From contig OZ320316.1 of assembly GCA_976226885.1 (NCBI GenBank), positions 79,918,001 to 79,982,000 of the forward strand: 64,000 nt of DNA, given 5' to 3'. This document shows positions 23,707-38,700 of the stretch, piece by piece. This DNA comes from Iphione sp. A-MEVVRFRX5 (lineage: Eukaryota). The notes beneath the pieces are model-generated. The model was given only the letters and a program-made list of their open reading frames with translations. It did no database searches and was not told the DNA's origin. The position numbers and the translations under genes were made by a program. The first letter of the stretch is position 1. Every line of letters starts with the position of its first letter.

Positions 23707-26700
23707 GTGAGTTGACCCTTTCCTGATCGCCTCGATCTTGGTTGAGTCCACGCGGAAATGGCCGGAGAAACCGGTGAATGTAGTCACAAATGCTTTTATG
23801 TGCGAAAGTAATTGCTTTCGTCGTTCTGTATGTGTTGTTAGTAACACTAGCTGCAATATCGATTCAAGCTGAAAACAGTATCGTTTGAATGTGTCTGGCT
23901 AAGAAATGAGATTACTGGTTTTTTGTTCGTTTTGTTCTTTTCACGTGTCCGGGGATGGGGGCTTTCGTTCGATTTGAGACCAAAAGTACTGCATAAAACT
24001 GATTGGATTTCCTTAACACCGGTTGCTTGCTGTCTGAGACAAGATTCATTTACATACCACCGCTTGTCCTGCATATTGATAGCAGCTATTAGCGAAGCTA
24101 CAGTGAAGCCTTTTCGGGCGACACCGGACAACGTACTGTCATGGAAATAGCAGTGTTTAGAGATTTATTTCATTACGGCGCGTAACGAGAAGTCAGATGC
24201 TCTTTGGATCCCGACTCACTCAACAGAGTTTAACTGTTTGTTTGACAGTGTCATATGAATTCATCGCAGGTGACATTGTCTCCAGCTAATTAAATTGGTA
24301 GAAGTATGATGGGCAGCTCTTGTCTGAAATGTGACCAGAATTATTCGCAGGGTTGCCGAAGAGAACATTCATACACGAACCCACTTTAACACAACGGTTA
24401 TCGTCAAATTGGCGGGTTGTATTGCCGGGAGAAATTGAAGTGAATTACCGTTTCCTAGACTCATTAAGTACGGATAAAATACTTGTATGCTGAAGAACCT
24501 GCTTATCTTCCGCGCCCACATTGAGCTGTAAGCATCAGTCTGCCTGGGGACGAAAATAAGCACGTCTGTAATTACGGCCTGCTTATACAGGAGAAAAAGG
24601 CAGAACAACATTACATTAAGATGCGTTTACTAGCACTAAACATTGAAACTATTAAGAAAAAAATGTCCCGTAGCTCGGTAGATGTTGTGTACTGGTGTCT
24701 TCAACACTAGCAGTCCAGAAGTTACCAAAGATTACCACTACTTACTGACTAGCTATCTCGCTCTCTCTAATTGCTCCCTCAGCTGCGTAAATTGCTGGGA
24801 AAGATTGCTTGAATCCCACTGCTACTGTTACATCAGACGTAGTCCTTCTCAATACCCCGTGTTCAATGTGACATTGATATCCCGTGCGATAACCCGGAAA
24901 ATAAATTTCTCATTGGCTTCCGCAAGTTGTCAAGCATCGCACTACCAGAGTTGCAGACACGTAAAGGTTTCCTTAAATGATAATAGACACTTGATATTGA
25001 ATCTGCCTAGTATTATTAGCACGTGTACTGTGTACAGAGGAAACGCTCGAAAATTTCATGGACAGTGTGGTTAACTTGATTAATTGGGTATCACTGAAGC
25101 AAAAACCATAATATAAGTAAAAAAAACATCGACAACAATAGAAAATAACTTCACAGGATATATTTTTAATCAAAATGAGGATAGAGTATCGAATCTCGAC
25201 ATACCATATTGATATTTGTCTACCCTGCTGTAACTATTCTTGGTGTGACAAAGTCAGCCCATAGAGTGGCATGTATATACATGTACCTGTATAATACATA
25301 TTATATCATCACCGACGTTCCCTGTATCATGGCTATATTTGTGAACTTTAGTATGATGATAACGCTGGCGAAATGACACAGCTGACAAGAATATTGCCTG
25401 TATTTATCATAATTACACAAGCATAAGAAACTGTCCATTGTGCGCCGGCTTTCCCAAATGTCTCATGACAACCTTTTTCGAGGAGAGTCTCGACGCGTGG
25501 TGGTGTGCAGTGCTGCCATCTATGATGAACTGTTCGAGTTCGTCCCACTGAAAAAGCTGCCGCCATCATCGCCTGTTTGAAACGAACGCTGAATCTTCAA
25601 CCGTGGCGTTATGTGTGGACGAAGATAAAGCTCTGGAAGAGGGCGCTAGGGAGACAGGATCCAGGTATTCGGACGTCATCGAGGCTGTTGTCGGCGATGC
25701 CGGACGTTCGGGGTATTGGTCATGGCAGTTCGGCGGCCTCATTTGATTTACGGATAGGTACCTCTCCGAGATGACCTATGATGGGCTTTTAATGGAGTCT
25801 CACTCAGCCCTCCATTCAATCACACGACTGAACGCCCTGTACCGAGCAGGAAATGTATTGGTCATAGCCTCCTCTCTTGTGCATGCAGACCGACCACATA
25901 TGCTGGCATGATTTGATACTTGAACTGAACAAGGAAACTCCACATGGCTTCGTGAATACAAGCACATGGAGTTTTATAGGCTGATATTGTCAAATCATCC
26001 AGTGCCGTGTCTTACTCTTTGTCCAATCCGTATAACCTTGTTTACTTATATCCTGCTTGTTCATTCAAGAGGCTGACATGACATTTTTTTGAGGGGGGAG
26101 GGGAAGGGGTTGACTGCTTACCTCCTAGTCAAAGTATGTTTGCGTAAAGACGCATACAGTCAGGTCTGCCTCCTGGTATTGATGGTAGGCAAGCCCGGAC
26201 GTAACCGGCATGAAATGAAGGCGGTTTTCCCCAATGGCCAAAACTGGTTCGCGCGGCCGAGCGGCACTGATCGCATTCTCTCCAAAGGTAACATCTGCGG
26301 GGAGGCGCAGGTTGACACACGTTGCTACCCTAGTGACACTTTTAGGCAGGTCGCATAGATTGCTGTCCACTGTGGCAGGTCATTAGGGACTTATCTTCCG
26401 GCGTGCCGTCCTCGAGCAGCCTTCTAGAGCGCCCGGAGGAGGGCTAATAGCTTACTGTAGCCTGCATATTTGGGGTGGAGGGGGTGAGACTGGACCATGT
26501 CGTGCCTTGCAGACCTAATCACGCCGCGTCTGGATAGAGCGGCCTGCTTATAATGATCCCTGTCAGGCCCATAATTGAACAAGAAGACCTCTTGCGTGTA
26601 GTGCCACCTTTCAGGTTGGACACGCGCCCTAATTGGGCAGCCCTTCAATTACGTCCTGCTAAAATATGGTAATAAATAAAGACACCAAAAGGTGGCAAGA

Positions 26701-29700
26701 GATGCCAACGTAACTTGGCAAAACGTCTGGGCGATGTGTGGTTTGAAAGTAAGTATCGCTCAAACTGTATTTAAACTGGCAGGATAAGAAAAGAACGCCT
26801 TAGTTAATTAATACAATACACGTGGAATGTTCCAATACATGGTGTACGCTCTTTTCAAATCAACCAGACATAGGCCTGTACAAGTACAAGTGAATCGTTG
26901 CATATAGTGATACTCATATAGAACCTAGCAGATGATCAACCAAGGCAAAATTAACCAATATGACAGTGTTGTATGTCACCACATGTAACAGTACAATACA
27001 TGGCATTTTTCAGAAGTGTTAAATTTGTGTACCTATTTGACTTTTGCCGTGATGATGAATTATAGTGCTTATAGTTGCGCTTCTGTACAGTCCTATCGTC
27101 TACTTAGTCCGTACCACGGGGAAGGACACCAAACCAAAATGCAACCCTGTATGGTTTCAGTGGCTCTTGAAATGTCTGTTCATTACGCCAGATGGCGCCA
27201 CATCGTGTTTTTCGAAGCTCCCAAAGCGTTCACAGAATGAATTTTGAATCATATATACACGTGCGCCACTCCGTTATGAATGCAAGCCAAAGGAAGACAA
27301 CATTAACTAATCGGCTTTATATCTGCCAGATAAATGATTGACCAAACATAAAGATGGTTTATGGAGAAGAGTTGCTGGTATCATGTAGGCTCTGCTGCCA
27401 GACATGATTATATGATCTACTCTATCGGCTGGAATATTCAACGTTGAATGTTCAAAATTTGATGTTTGCTCACATTCGATGTATTAGGCGCGACAAAGGG
27501 AATTCTTTTTTAAGGAAATTTCATATTATAGAAAGTGAGAACGAAGGTGAAATGACTTTGACGGGGCAGCACGTGCATTTCTTGTTTGCTTGTGTGTTTT
27601 GTCTGGCTGTCTGCGTATTTTACCCCCGTCTGTTTTTATCGTGTAATTTCCAGTGATAAAACACGATGGGACTATGAGTGTTTCTGATCACATAATATAA
27701 TTGAAGCAGATATGTTAAGGGAACAGTCTGTTGGAATGGACACGTGCACGGTCGTGACAATGAATTAGGCACCTCGTAAACGTAAAGGTTAAAAAAAATA
27801 GAAATGCGACATTCGTTTTCAGAAATGATTCTAATGCCGCCGGTCATATAAACTCACACTTATTGAATCATGAACGTGAGGCTCCGTGTATTTCCTTGCA
27901 GAGGTGAGTAATGTCTAATTTTGCCACGTTAATATTTGAAGTCTTAGTTGCTGTGCTTTAAATGCGTACGAACGGTAATGAGTTACTGCGGCTTTCACTG
28001 CTTCCCATAGATGAGGATTAGGAGTAGATGCAATGCTTGAAATGCTAGAGTGTTCAGTTTAAAGTGGCATGAAGAGAAATATAATTGGTCACGAAGTAAA
28101 CATATTGAGGTGTATATGATGAAAGCACGTAGAAGAGCGCATGTCCCCGTCTTAGTCTAGTACATGTACATTAGTTGTACGTCCGTATGAGGGCCAGAGG
28201 AAGCTTTTCTTCCCCAGTATGATATGCACGAAAGAATGAATGTATCCTTGTGGTGACATATCGCTAACTTTCGAGATAGGGAATCTTGATAGAAGTGTAT
28301 GTAAGGGTGTGGAGGGGATATATTCAGTCTCACACCAGAATGATTTTTTTTAGAGAGATTGTTAAAAGGTATGATTCGAGGCGAAGTGATACTTAGCGAT
28401 ATAACATTGTTGAGAGGTCTTGGCCAATCCAGAGCAGTATAGTGGTATAGCATTTGTAACTATGCATGTTGAAAATCTTTCAAATTTTCTTCAGTTTCTT
28501 TTTTTTTTTGGGGGGGGGCATTTTCTTCAGGTTTATTACTTCTGCTTCGAGCTCTATACATCTCCTTGGATTGGACTTTATTAAAGAAAACTGATACACT
28601 TCTCCATCTGTCCTAGAGCACAGTTTCAATTTGATGCTTTGTTTCTTTATTCTGTTCCTCCTTGCGGCGTCGCGGCCTTCTAGTCGATACCACAGAAGTA
28701 ACATTACTAAAGGGAGTCACGAACGCCAAGAGGCGTAATGGCAGAAAAAGTTAGAGCTGCTAGAGCACAGCCTCAACCTGCTCCTCCTAAGGCGGTCACA
28801 TTCATCTTCCCGTGACGGTAGGGACGGGCTGGTGGAGTTGAGCATGCAGTGTTTCCCATACATATACATTTTCTTATTTTGTGCGTGGTATTTCCTATGC
28901 ATAGTAATTGGATGCGACTTCAATGTTTCATCTGAAAATCCATTTGGTGGCCCCAGGCATTCAGTATAGGATGCCAGTTGCAAGTATCTAGTGTCAGTTG
29001 TTGCTTGAGTGATTTACGGTCTAATGCGCTCATCAATATCTTTTACAGGGTGCTATTCACATGCAGGATGAGCGGCTAAATGTAATGACAGACGGAATCC
29101 TGAATACCATGTTCGGTGTCTGGACCCGTAAACAAGACGCGGGCAGTAGTTCTTTGCAGGTCTTTTTTTTTTAGTTTGATTTCTTCGGAAAGTGACAAGT
29201 AGGATCCATCCGCACCCTTGTTGTGTATACATGTACATCTTCACCTAGATTGATAACTCCGTGTTTTTTCTTTTTGGTTCTGTCAAAATAACGTCGACAC
29301 TGTTTGTGCCACAAGGCTACCTCTGCATCTAGGATATGTGGTACTGTTATATGAGCCTTACTGAGAAAACACCGTCTGTCCATCTGTATATCCCTTCGGA
29401 CTTAGATTTTCTGGACTAAGGCTCGCGAACTGGCAAGAATACATGTGAAATTGTTGCCGGTCCTAACGGCAGTGTCCCCAACAGCAGCTCTCCCCGGCCC
29501 ACTTGATTATTCAAGCTCCGCGCTGATGGATTATAATGTGCAAGGGCGTAAGGCCGCGCCGGAACCCGAACTTCCCCACCACTGCCATATTGCTGGGAAA
29601 AGCCAACGGAGAAGGTAGTGGTGCTCGACGAGGTTCGAGCATTCCACGAGAGAGACAGAGAGAGTCTGTGATGTCAGGTGGAAGGGGAGAAAAGAATCGA

Positions 29701-32700
29701 ACACACAGCTGCGCCTACAATACCGAGGAGTACGTGGGAATGTCACTGCGATGTTCTTCAATCTCGACCTGCCTGTTCGCTGACGTAGTTCAGCCCCTTT
29801 TAGTCGTGGACCGGAAAGGTAACTTGACTTTTTGTTACAGGAGGACACCATGCCCACATTTTCGTAACGAAAGTCCCTGTAATCTGAATACATGCATCAG
29901 GTATCGAGGGAGCATGCATGCGCATCTTGAAGGAAGACTGCAAGGGGATTTATAATGGAAAAACGAAAGGAGTAGCTTAGCATGCACGGCTGCAAGTGAT
30001 CACCTTTGCTTGCAATGTCTGCATTAATGCACCAAACACATGTCATATCACAAGAGGAACATTACCGCCAGTTCCCAGTATGTCTTTAATGTCTGCTTTA
30101 GTAGCGTGAATCGCATGTTTATTACTACTATAGCAATACCCACACCGACGGCTCTATGGCATCAGAAAGGAGTGGTTGTATGAATTTATGATCTATACAC
30201 ATTTGTATGGGAGTCCATGTAAGCTCTCCAGTCGGGCCCGCGTATTTTTGGCTGGGTCGATTCTAATGTACGGCGAATCAATTTGGTAGCATGTCATCGT
30301 TTTGTTAAGGCATCTATCGACAGGTTGCCCTATACAAGAACGACTATTCGTCGGCCTTCACGTTATTCATCATCGCTTGTCCACACCCTCAAGTTCAACG
30401 ATGCAGTGCTTGCTCCTGTTTCCTCTAGTGACCAGCCAAAGGAGAAAAAGGCCCTCTACAGGCAGCGAACTGTCGAGAGCACGATTTAGCTAGCTGCCCG
30501 GCTCAAAAATTCTCTCAAAGAAAAAAGTCCTAGCCGAGCTGCCGCGAAGGGAAGAGTTAAGGGAAACCGAATTAGAAAACTGCCCATTTCCATTATCAGG
30601 ACCTCGTGAGTGCCAAACGCTCGCTCTAATCAATAACACACCAAAGGCATGCGCCTTCAAGACACCATGTGTTTTTGTGCGCTGATTTCGCGTTAAAGTG
30701 ATCTCGTCCTTTTAGCTCTGAGTGGAACAATAAAAATCGTTATACTGCAACGAGTCCATGGCGGTGAGAGAGTTTGTATAGAAGAAATGGAGACGCCGGC
30801 CTGCAACAATGGCCATGGGACCGTTCCTTGTAAGAATCATTGCAAATTGTCAGCCAGAGGATACAACTGTGGGAGTTCACAAGAGAGTTCTTGGATGCGT
30901 TGGCGGCGATGGCGCGTGTAACATTAGCACTCAGCTACCTCTGGGTGGCTGGGGCTTTTCGCGACGTCGCCACTCATTATGACAGGGCGATACTGTGGCT
31001 TTGCTCGCCATCGCTAATCGCCCCGAACAGCTTTGTTGCAGTCGGCAGCGAGTAAGGCGAAATATTGGCTGTGTTGGATATCGGCTGACAGGGATGGCTC
31101 GAAGAGCAGAACCAAGTGTGATAAGTTCCCTCTGTGGCGAGGAGGGGGAAGATAAGAATAACCAGAAAAAGGGAGCCTGCCTTGGAGACCACTTAATTTC
31201 TGTCCGTGAAGTTTCTTTCGGATTGTTTTCTACTCGGATTCATTACGATGAGCATTATTGCGACTGATCACCCTTTGATTGGAGCCGACTGATGAGGCAA
31301 ACGCACGCAGGACCGATGGCAGTCCCAACAATGGGGCGGCGGGTCGAGCGCGCTCGCGGTCCCCCTGCACTAGCCAGCAGTGCTGATGTGGACCGACGGT
31401 CGCCGCATACAGACGACTGGTGACATTAACCGATCCGCTGTAGCAGCCATTAATGCGGATCGTGTGAAGAGATCCTGGTGGCCCACTGCAGGAAAGTGAT
31501 GATGAAAGGCTTGGGCTGGCCTGCCGTAGTGTCAGTGCCACCGACACATAAACAAGGCCGACCTGTCCCGGGAATGTTCCACGTGCTCGTTCAGCTGCTC
31601 ACGGGGCGATTCGGCCTGCTTTCCTCGCTGCTGCGCATAATCCGACCGATTTCCATAGCCATCTGGGCCATTTCCATAGACATCAAAACCTAATACAATC
31701 GTCCGTCTACAATTATCACAGAAATACTACCAGATTAACCGGTCGCCTCTAAAGCGTTTTGCCAAGTAGCGACTTATTCATAACACTTGGATTAACGGGT
31801 ACAATGTATGACATCGTTTAACAGCCTTCAACCTTCAAGCTGTACGCATTTAGAGTTATATACGCAGATATATTTATGCTTCTATGTATGTTCCTTGATT
31901 ACAGGGACCTTACCGCCCCTGTCGCTTCTGGCTGAGTGTTCTATTAAGAGAAGAAACAACTTATGGTTTTCATAGGCCTTTCCTCTAAGGCATCAGAATA
32001 GAGGACATGCTCTAAAGTATGTGAGACGTTGATGGATTAGTTTACGAAAGAGCCACTGGAGCGCGCCCCGGCGCACTATTATGATAGATGACCCGTCTTG
32101 GGCAAGAAAAGTGCACCACAACCTATAGTCATTGTTTCTAGGAGGCGAGCCATCTTCCCTTCGTCGTTGTGTCCGTTTATGCGAAGCATCTAGCCGGCTC
32201 GTTAGTGGGAGGCTAACTGCCATGACCTAACACTTAAATTCGAGCCGAACCCTTTGTAAGAAAAATGGGCATCTGTTCGAGCCTCTCTGATAATGGCATT
32301 TCGTTAGCCGTAATCGTATCCAGACTAATTTTATCACCGCTGTTAACACTTTCTTCACTGGCTAACACGATGCTAAATTTATCGCCCATTGACTGACCAC
32401 TGAAACATGATTAGATTCTTAAGTACAGCGTGTAAATAGCTGAGGATGCGTTTCTTTTGTGTCAGCAAATGCAGCCATTTTGCAGCAGTTATTTCCACAG
32501 ATTCTCAACGACACGTCAGTTGGATTGATTTAGTATGAATGGACACTATGTATTTACATTAAAAGACCACCTCTAATTGAATAGTACTTCCTGGCGTAAC
32601 ACTAACTAAATTATTTATCTGTTAAAGGTGTTTAGCATGAGACGTGTTACGAGGGGCGAGAAATCCTGGCGGTCTGTCCTGTTAAATATCAGAATATCAG

Positions 32701-35519
32701 CAAAGGACACGGGCGTCACGCAGGAAAGTGAATCCTCTGTTCCCGCGGCCACTAAAGTCAACTAATTTCATCAACTACCTTATCTTTGCGGTGGGACTTC
32801 CATGCCAAAAGAAATCAGTACGTCGTAATTGAAGAATTAGCGGCGAGAAATGCCTGCATGGATTAAATTTGTCGCAGCGCTGACGTTTATTGCTGCGTGT
32901 TTACTCATGGTTTCATTAGCATAATTGAAAGTGTCTTTTTTCACAGATTTAATGGGGCGTTCGAATTGAATACTTGGCAGATAAAGATACTAGTTCCACT
33001 TTCCATAACCCATGCGGCTATTTATCAAAGGCGTCGTGTTTGGTATGAGCGTCTGGACCAGTTCGGCTCGCCAAACATGTGTATCCATTCACATTATCCA
33101 CACAGGTTTCATGCCAGGAGCCTGTAAGTTCTACTTTACACGTTGAGAGGGACATCACGCGGAGATGTTGATGGTTTTGCGTCATTTATGACCAGTGATA
33201 AACGAGACATCAGTTGTTGGTGAACAACGACTGGTGCGGACTGGCAACAGATCAGCTAATGCCCATCGGTGCCTGGAGAACGTGTTTACTATTAGATTTA
33301 ATGGGTTTGTGCCCTGGTCTGTGCTGCTGCGAGAGAGGCACGTTTGAAGTAGTGCGAGGCAGACTGCATTTGAGTGCTACTACAGCGGGTCGTTAAAAGT
33401 TCCCCTGGTAGTAATGGCGTGTATATTGGTCCCGTCGTCTGTCGATCATCAGAACATATCGGTCTTGTGTGGAGTGTGTTTGATTTCACATTGGAATTGC
33501 TCGACTGACGGAGAAGGGCACATTTCAGGGTTCTCCGTCGCTGGCTAGAACGATGTAAATGAGGTGACGTTAACAGGCGACCGTATACATGTTGAACCTG
33601 TCGGGGCGCCCTCATGAGAATGCATTCCGTGATTTGACTCCGCTTGGCGGTTGCAGCGCGCTGGTCATAGCTGGTCGGGCGGCGCGTCAGTTAGCTGGAT
33701 GGCTGAGCTGCTCAGAGCGACCGCGTGGCTGGGGCAGCGGCCGCATTGTTGTCAGCGCAGAGCAGGCAGCAGGCCACCACCATCAACGCCTGTCGGTCCC
33801 ACGCCCGCCAACAGTTAGAGCCACGGCCGCCGGTACAGGCGGTGGTGATCAATGGGTCGCTGTAACTTTATCAACAGCACGGTGTATACTCATCAGGCGC
33901 AGGCAGCTATACTTCGCCATGTGGGCCACTGCGCCTGCCTGACCCTTCTCTGGTCCATTGGGTCGGCACAGTACTGGCTCGCTCAACATTACCGGCATCA
34001 GCAGCCAAACCAGCAACAACAGTGGCTGCTACCAATGGGGCTACAGTCGTCAACTGGGAGCAGCTGAACTGCCGGCGAGGCCTGTACACTGTTTCTGATA
34101 AAAGCTCTGTCCAGACCTGATTAAAGGCGGGTTGCAAAGCAAATTCTGATTGAAACATACCACACGGACACCATTCAGTTGTTTTTTCCCTCCCCAATCA
34201 GGCTCCCCCTCCCACTACAAATGTAGGCCGCCGCACGGTAGCAAGTTGACCATTGGATGCCGTATCACGTGTCATTGGTGTGATTGGATTTCACGAAAAC
34301 AGCGATGCGCATTCGTATCAGGAGCGCACTGCACTGCCTCAAAAGCCGTAGAGAACGTCTGCTGGTCGACTTCCCCAGAGTGAGGATTAATAATGATACG
34401 TAGACGCCTCCCTTTGAAGGAATGCTGTCGAAGGGATGCTGTGACTTCAGGTCAAACCTTTTACATCGGCACTATCGTAAATCCACGTGTATGGAACGGA
34501 CTATATCCGCAAACCAACCGGCTGTATAAATGTTACAGCACACTGTGACAGACTTCGAAATAAGGAGCGTGGGGTTTTGAACCAGTCGACGTCGAAGACA
34601 CAGTATTTCCTACTGTTTACATGTTGTCACTTTTCGGCTAACAGTATTGATGGAGGGCGAGGCTAGTGTGCAGCCGACTAATAGTGGGTTTGCTTGCTTG
34701 GACTCTTGATGTCTTTATCGATCGTCATATGGCGCAGTATACACCCATCCCACACAAAAGGAAGGCCGAGGCCGCCTGGGACACACACTTAAGAAGATCC
34801 ACCCCGGGGAATATGGGAAGAGACAGGCTACGATTGTCGACCTTATTCGGATTAGCAGGTGAGATGAGGGAGATGCGCAGAATTGACATATAGACGGGCT
34901 CTAGGGGCTACCGTATGCAAGTCATGGCGGAAAGACTTCTGCATTTAGGCACTTTGTGTATGCCACCGCCCAGGAGTGATAGATACATTGGCTTGGGGTT
35001 AAATCGTGACATGGCTGATATTTATGTACCGGTAGCGTTCACGGCCCTGACAGCAGTCTCAACAGCCATGCAATCAGGCTGGCACTGATGGATGGCCAGA
35101 CAGATAGGTTGGGTTTGTTTCAGCCGATGCCACAGCGTAGCGTCCACCGGGCGGCCAAGCGATGATAACTAGCTCTGATTCAGGGCGCTGCGGCCGGATG
35201 CATGACGGCGGCCGCGGGCGATGACACGGCCGGCTATCCGTAAAGTATCCGTGACGGATTACCCGCCGCCTCCGAGTAATCTTTTTGGTGCTGGACGCTA
35301 AATCGAAGACCGTGAAGCGGGCGCCATGCGCCAACTTGTGGCAGGTGATTCGACTGGCAGGTGATTCGACTGGCTGGGCGGCGTCTCGTGCAAGCTCGTG
35401 CAACTTCTCCCCCACACAGGTGTGTAGGCCGTAATGACTATCTCCGGTCCCGCCGCCGCCGCCGCAGCAGCATCAGTAGCGTCATCACAGCTGCCCAAGT
35501 AGTAGTAACGCCTACTGCA

Positions 35520-35720
35520 GCAGGATTCCTCAGCGAGGACAAGTGCACTTTTCTGGCATGTCTCTCCGCGGCCATCGGACCTCCACCTCTGGTGGAAATT
35601 CAGCGGCATAATAAAGGAAATTATACTGCTCGTGCAGTCTGAACTGGTCGGATACCGACCCGTGGCTGACTCTAAAGGAGCGTTGTGAGAGCAGCAAACA
35701 GGTTCATCACAGCGAACAGC
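35520..35720 (+). mobile_element. Possible decayed Gypsy-type gag N-terminus
   Basis: FWHV (35551-35562) and DTDPWLTLKER (from 35651) lie in different frames. Their order and approximate spacing recall the KF.HV...DPY.TLKER pattern of invertebrate Gypsy gag. Confidence 0.22.
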
Positions 35721-38700
35721 ACAGAGTCCCGATACCTTCGAGTTTGAGCTGTTTACACGCTGCTCCGGAGACAATGGGCCACGTGATAGTGCCTAGAAAG
35801 ATTGACCGTAGCACGCTTGCGATCTACGTTGAATTGATACAGGGATGTGAAGGGTATTGCCGCTTTTCATCGCCAGGCCTCGGTTGATAATAAGAAGAGT
35901 GGGCAATCACTTGCTGTGGCAGGGCCAGTCTGTTGAGGCCCAACACTTATCGACCTGTCGGCATGACGACGCAGTCGGCCAAGGATGTAGACTTGTATTG
36001 TGGCGCCATGCTCATGGCCATGTACTATGTTCAGTCACGGACTAGCCCCCAGTACCGCCCCAGACGTAGGCGGGGTCGGGGTAGGGGCCACCCCCTCAAC
36101 GACCCCCGCAACATTCGTCGCATCTCCAACAAGGTAAGGCAACCCACCCTGTCCTTGCTCGTTCACAAGAGTCACGAACGTATAGCCGTAAAGCTGGGCG
36201 CGGTCAGGATACCCAACACAGGCAAAGACGGTCATTTCTACATGCATCCATTCACGCAGCCTATCGCGGCGATTGAACGTCACAGTTACACCCAGAGTTA
36301 TTATAGAACACTATCCTCTTGCTGTTAGACGCATAGCGCCTGTCTACCTGTCAAAGATATTCCCGTGATCTTTATATATATTGTAATTAGTTTCAGCATA
36401 TCGAAAGCTTTCGTGCAGCAGTATAGTAAAATCCTAGTATAAGCAGGTAACAAAGGAGTTATTTAGCTATCTGTGGGCAGTTATTGGTAAACATTGGCGG
36501 GCGTCGAGACTACACACGCCATCAGGATAACAGTAATCAAGTGGAGCCTTCTAATATAGATGCACCTCCGCCGTAGACTACTGTCTTTTCGCTTTGAATG
36601 CCTTATGAATGTCTCCTCCAACCAGCGGTGATACCACCATCCGCTTCTGTGACCGGGTAGGGGAAGATGAGATATGGTGGAGACGACGCCACAAGTAATG
36701 TAATTAGCGAATGTGGCTCCTGGCCTAAGCTCTGATCAGTTCAGAGTAGTTGAGCGGCTCGCATCATCAGTATTAACTGGCATGCCGTAATGAAGAAGTG
36801 CCTCACGGCGGCTAACGTCCGCTGCAGTCCTCTCACACGACGACGTCTTTGTTAATTTTGCTGGCTGCAGCTGGTACTAGCATAGGATAAATACATATAT
36901 AGTATACTATATGCTACGCCATAGTTTACTCAATGAAGAAAATCTGTGGCACCAGTGATGTATACGATGTATTTTCCGCGGTTCTCTTGCTAATATTAGA
37001 ATGAAGATGGTGACACGATTATATATCGTTCTGAACATATAAGTAGGGGACGTGTTTCGTGCCAACCAATGAGCATTCAGTTTCTGCGGTAGGAAAGCTA
37101 CCCTTTTTTCGCGTGTCATTTAATGCAGCATTCATCTATATGCAGAACACGGAAGGGGAAAACAATGTGCTCCTGCAGCGTTTTTACCCCTGTAACGTAC
37201 AATAATCCTGCAGCATAATACTCTTGGGAACACTTGGATAAGTTGGATATGAATATGGATTTGATTTACATCTTCTGGCTGAATAGGGAAGTTTGCGTAT
37301 ACATTTACAGTTGAATATGGATATATATTTGACCAATCGTCTGCTCGAACGATGAACTAGACTTCTCTTTTTTTCTTTTTTAACATGTCAGTAGCTTATC
37401 ATATCACTCCAGGGAAAGGAGTCACATGCTGTATGTCAAAGCAGCCTCTGGCTTTTCAAGATAGGTGGCAGATTATGTCAGAGCAGGGTTTGTATGTGTC
37501 GGTGACCTTACCAATGAGTGACACTCACTAGGAAGGCTTAACAGAATTCTACCGGTCACCTGCACCAAGTTATCAATGAAAGCACGTGTGCCTGTGTACG
37601 TTTGGCTGGTTAGACGGATAAGACGAAGTAAGCTTTCTGACAGTTCGTATATTCGATAAGAACCAGCGGGAAATTCAAGTTATATGACATATTTGTACGG
37701 ACACAGTCACTATATTTTAATCCAGTGAACAGACTTAAAGTGCATATACCGTTGTGCTGGTTTGCCTGCATCAGAAAGTACGTGTAATTATGAGATACAT
37801 TGTTAGTTTCTTGTATATTAGTATTCAACTATGATGTTGCCCTGTTTTCGCCGTGAATTTTAGCAGGGAGTTGTTGATGATTTATGTCTGCAGGGATGGT
37901 CGTTCCATACTAAAGGTATTCGCCTGCACTTCATCATTGCGATTCTTTTTGTCTACCACCTCCAAGAGGAGTCGGGGACCTTAGGAAAGCCGTTGTCTGA
38001 CCATTCGACATTCCATCACAACCTGTAGGTCTATTTCCTTCTAAACTATTGCATCAAATGCTCGATAATGTTTCTCTATATGGATTCTTGACTGCTCACC
38101 CGGGCAGAACTGATAAGTTCTACTTATTGAATGCCTTGTGGGCGAAAATGGAACCTCATAGGCCCCCTTCCTTATTCCATTGGTGAGCTCTAAATGAGAC
38201 AAGCATACAAAGCATCTCGTATAGAAGCACTTAATATGCTAGGAAGTTCGACGACGATGCCCTTCCTAAAGGTTTGCCTTGTTTCCTTCATATTAGCCAT
38301 TGATAACTGCTCTTGGAAAGCGTTACTGAACAGGACCCTCAGACCGTAAAAGCATCTGGTCTTGCCTTTCTTTGCTGCCACCGACGGCCATACCCGCCAA
38401 GGCCAAGATGGCTTCGAAGCGGTCTCATATGAAACACTACTTGCGCATCTGCTTTGTAAGCAGTGGGGAAGCCACTGCTGAAGCCACAACAAGAACCAAT
38501 TGCGAACGCGCCGATCGAAAGCCGTTCCCATCGACGTCTGCATGAGGTAATGTGTTCACAGCATCGTTAGGTACGGACAGAATACAGACTTCTTTTAAAT
38601 ATCGGTCTATGGATCTGGACAAGTGGCGCCACAGATAGCCTGAGTGGACCCAGGGGTAACTGCACTTAGTAGTGTTGTGAATCTGACGATTTATAGTGAA

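Noticed and set aside
26129-26648. H..H / CDQC pattern suggesting an integrase zinc finger
   Set aside because: The His-to-Cys spacing (about 70 aa) is far too long and crosses frames.
30840-31055. Peptide resembling a Harbinger transposase HTH (RVTLALSYL..AGAFRDVA)
   Set aside because: A short, low-complexity resemblance with no DDE region or TIRs nearby.
34830-34864. cag|gtgaga as a ratchet site (also cag|gtgagc near 61375)
   Set aside because: No pyrimidine tract or branch point; bare cores are expected a few times by chance.
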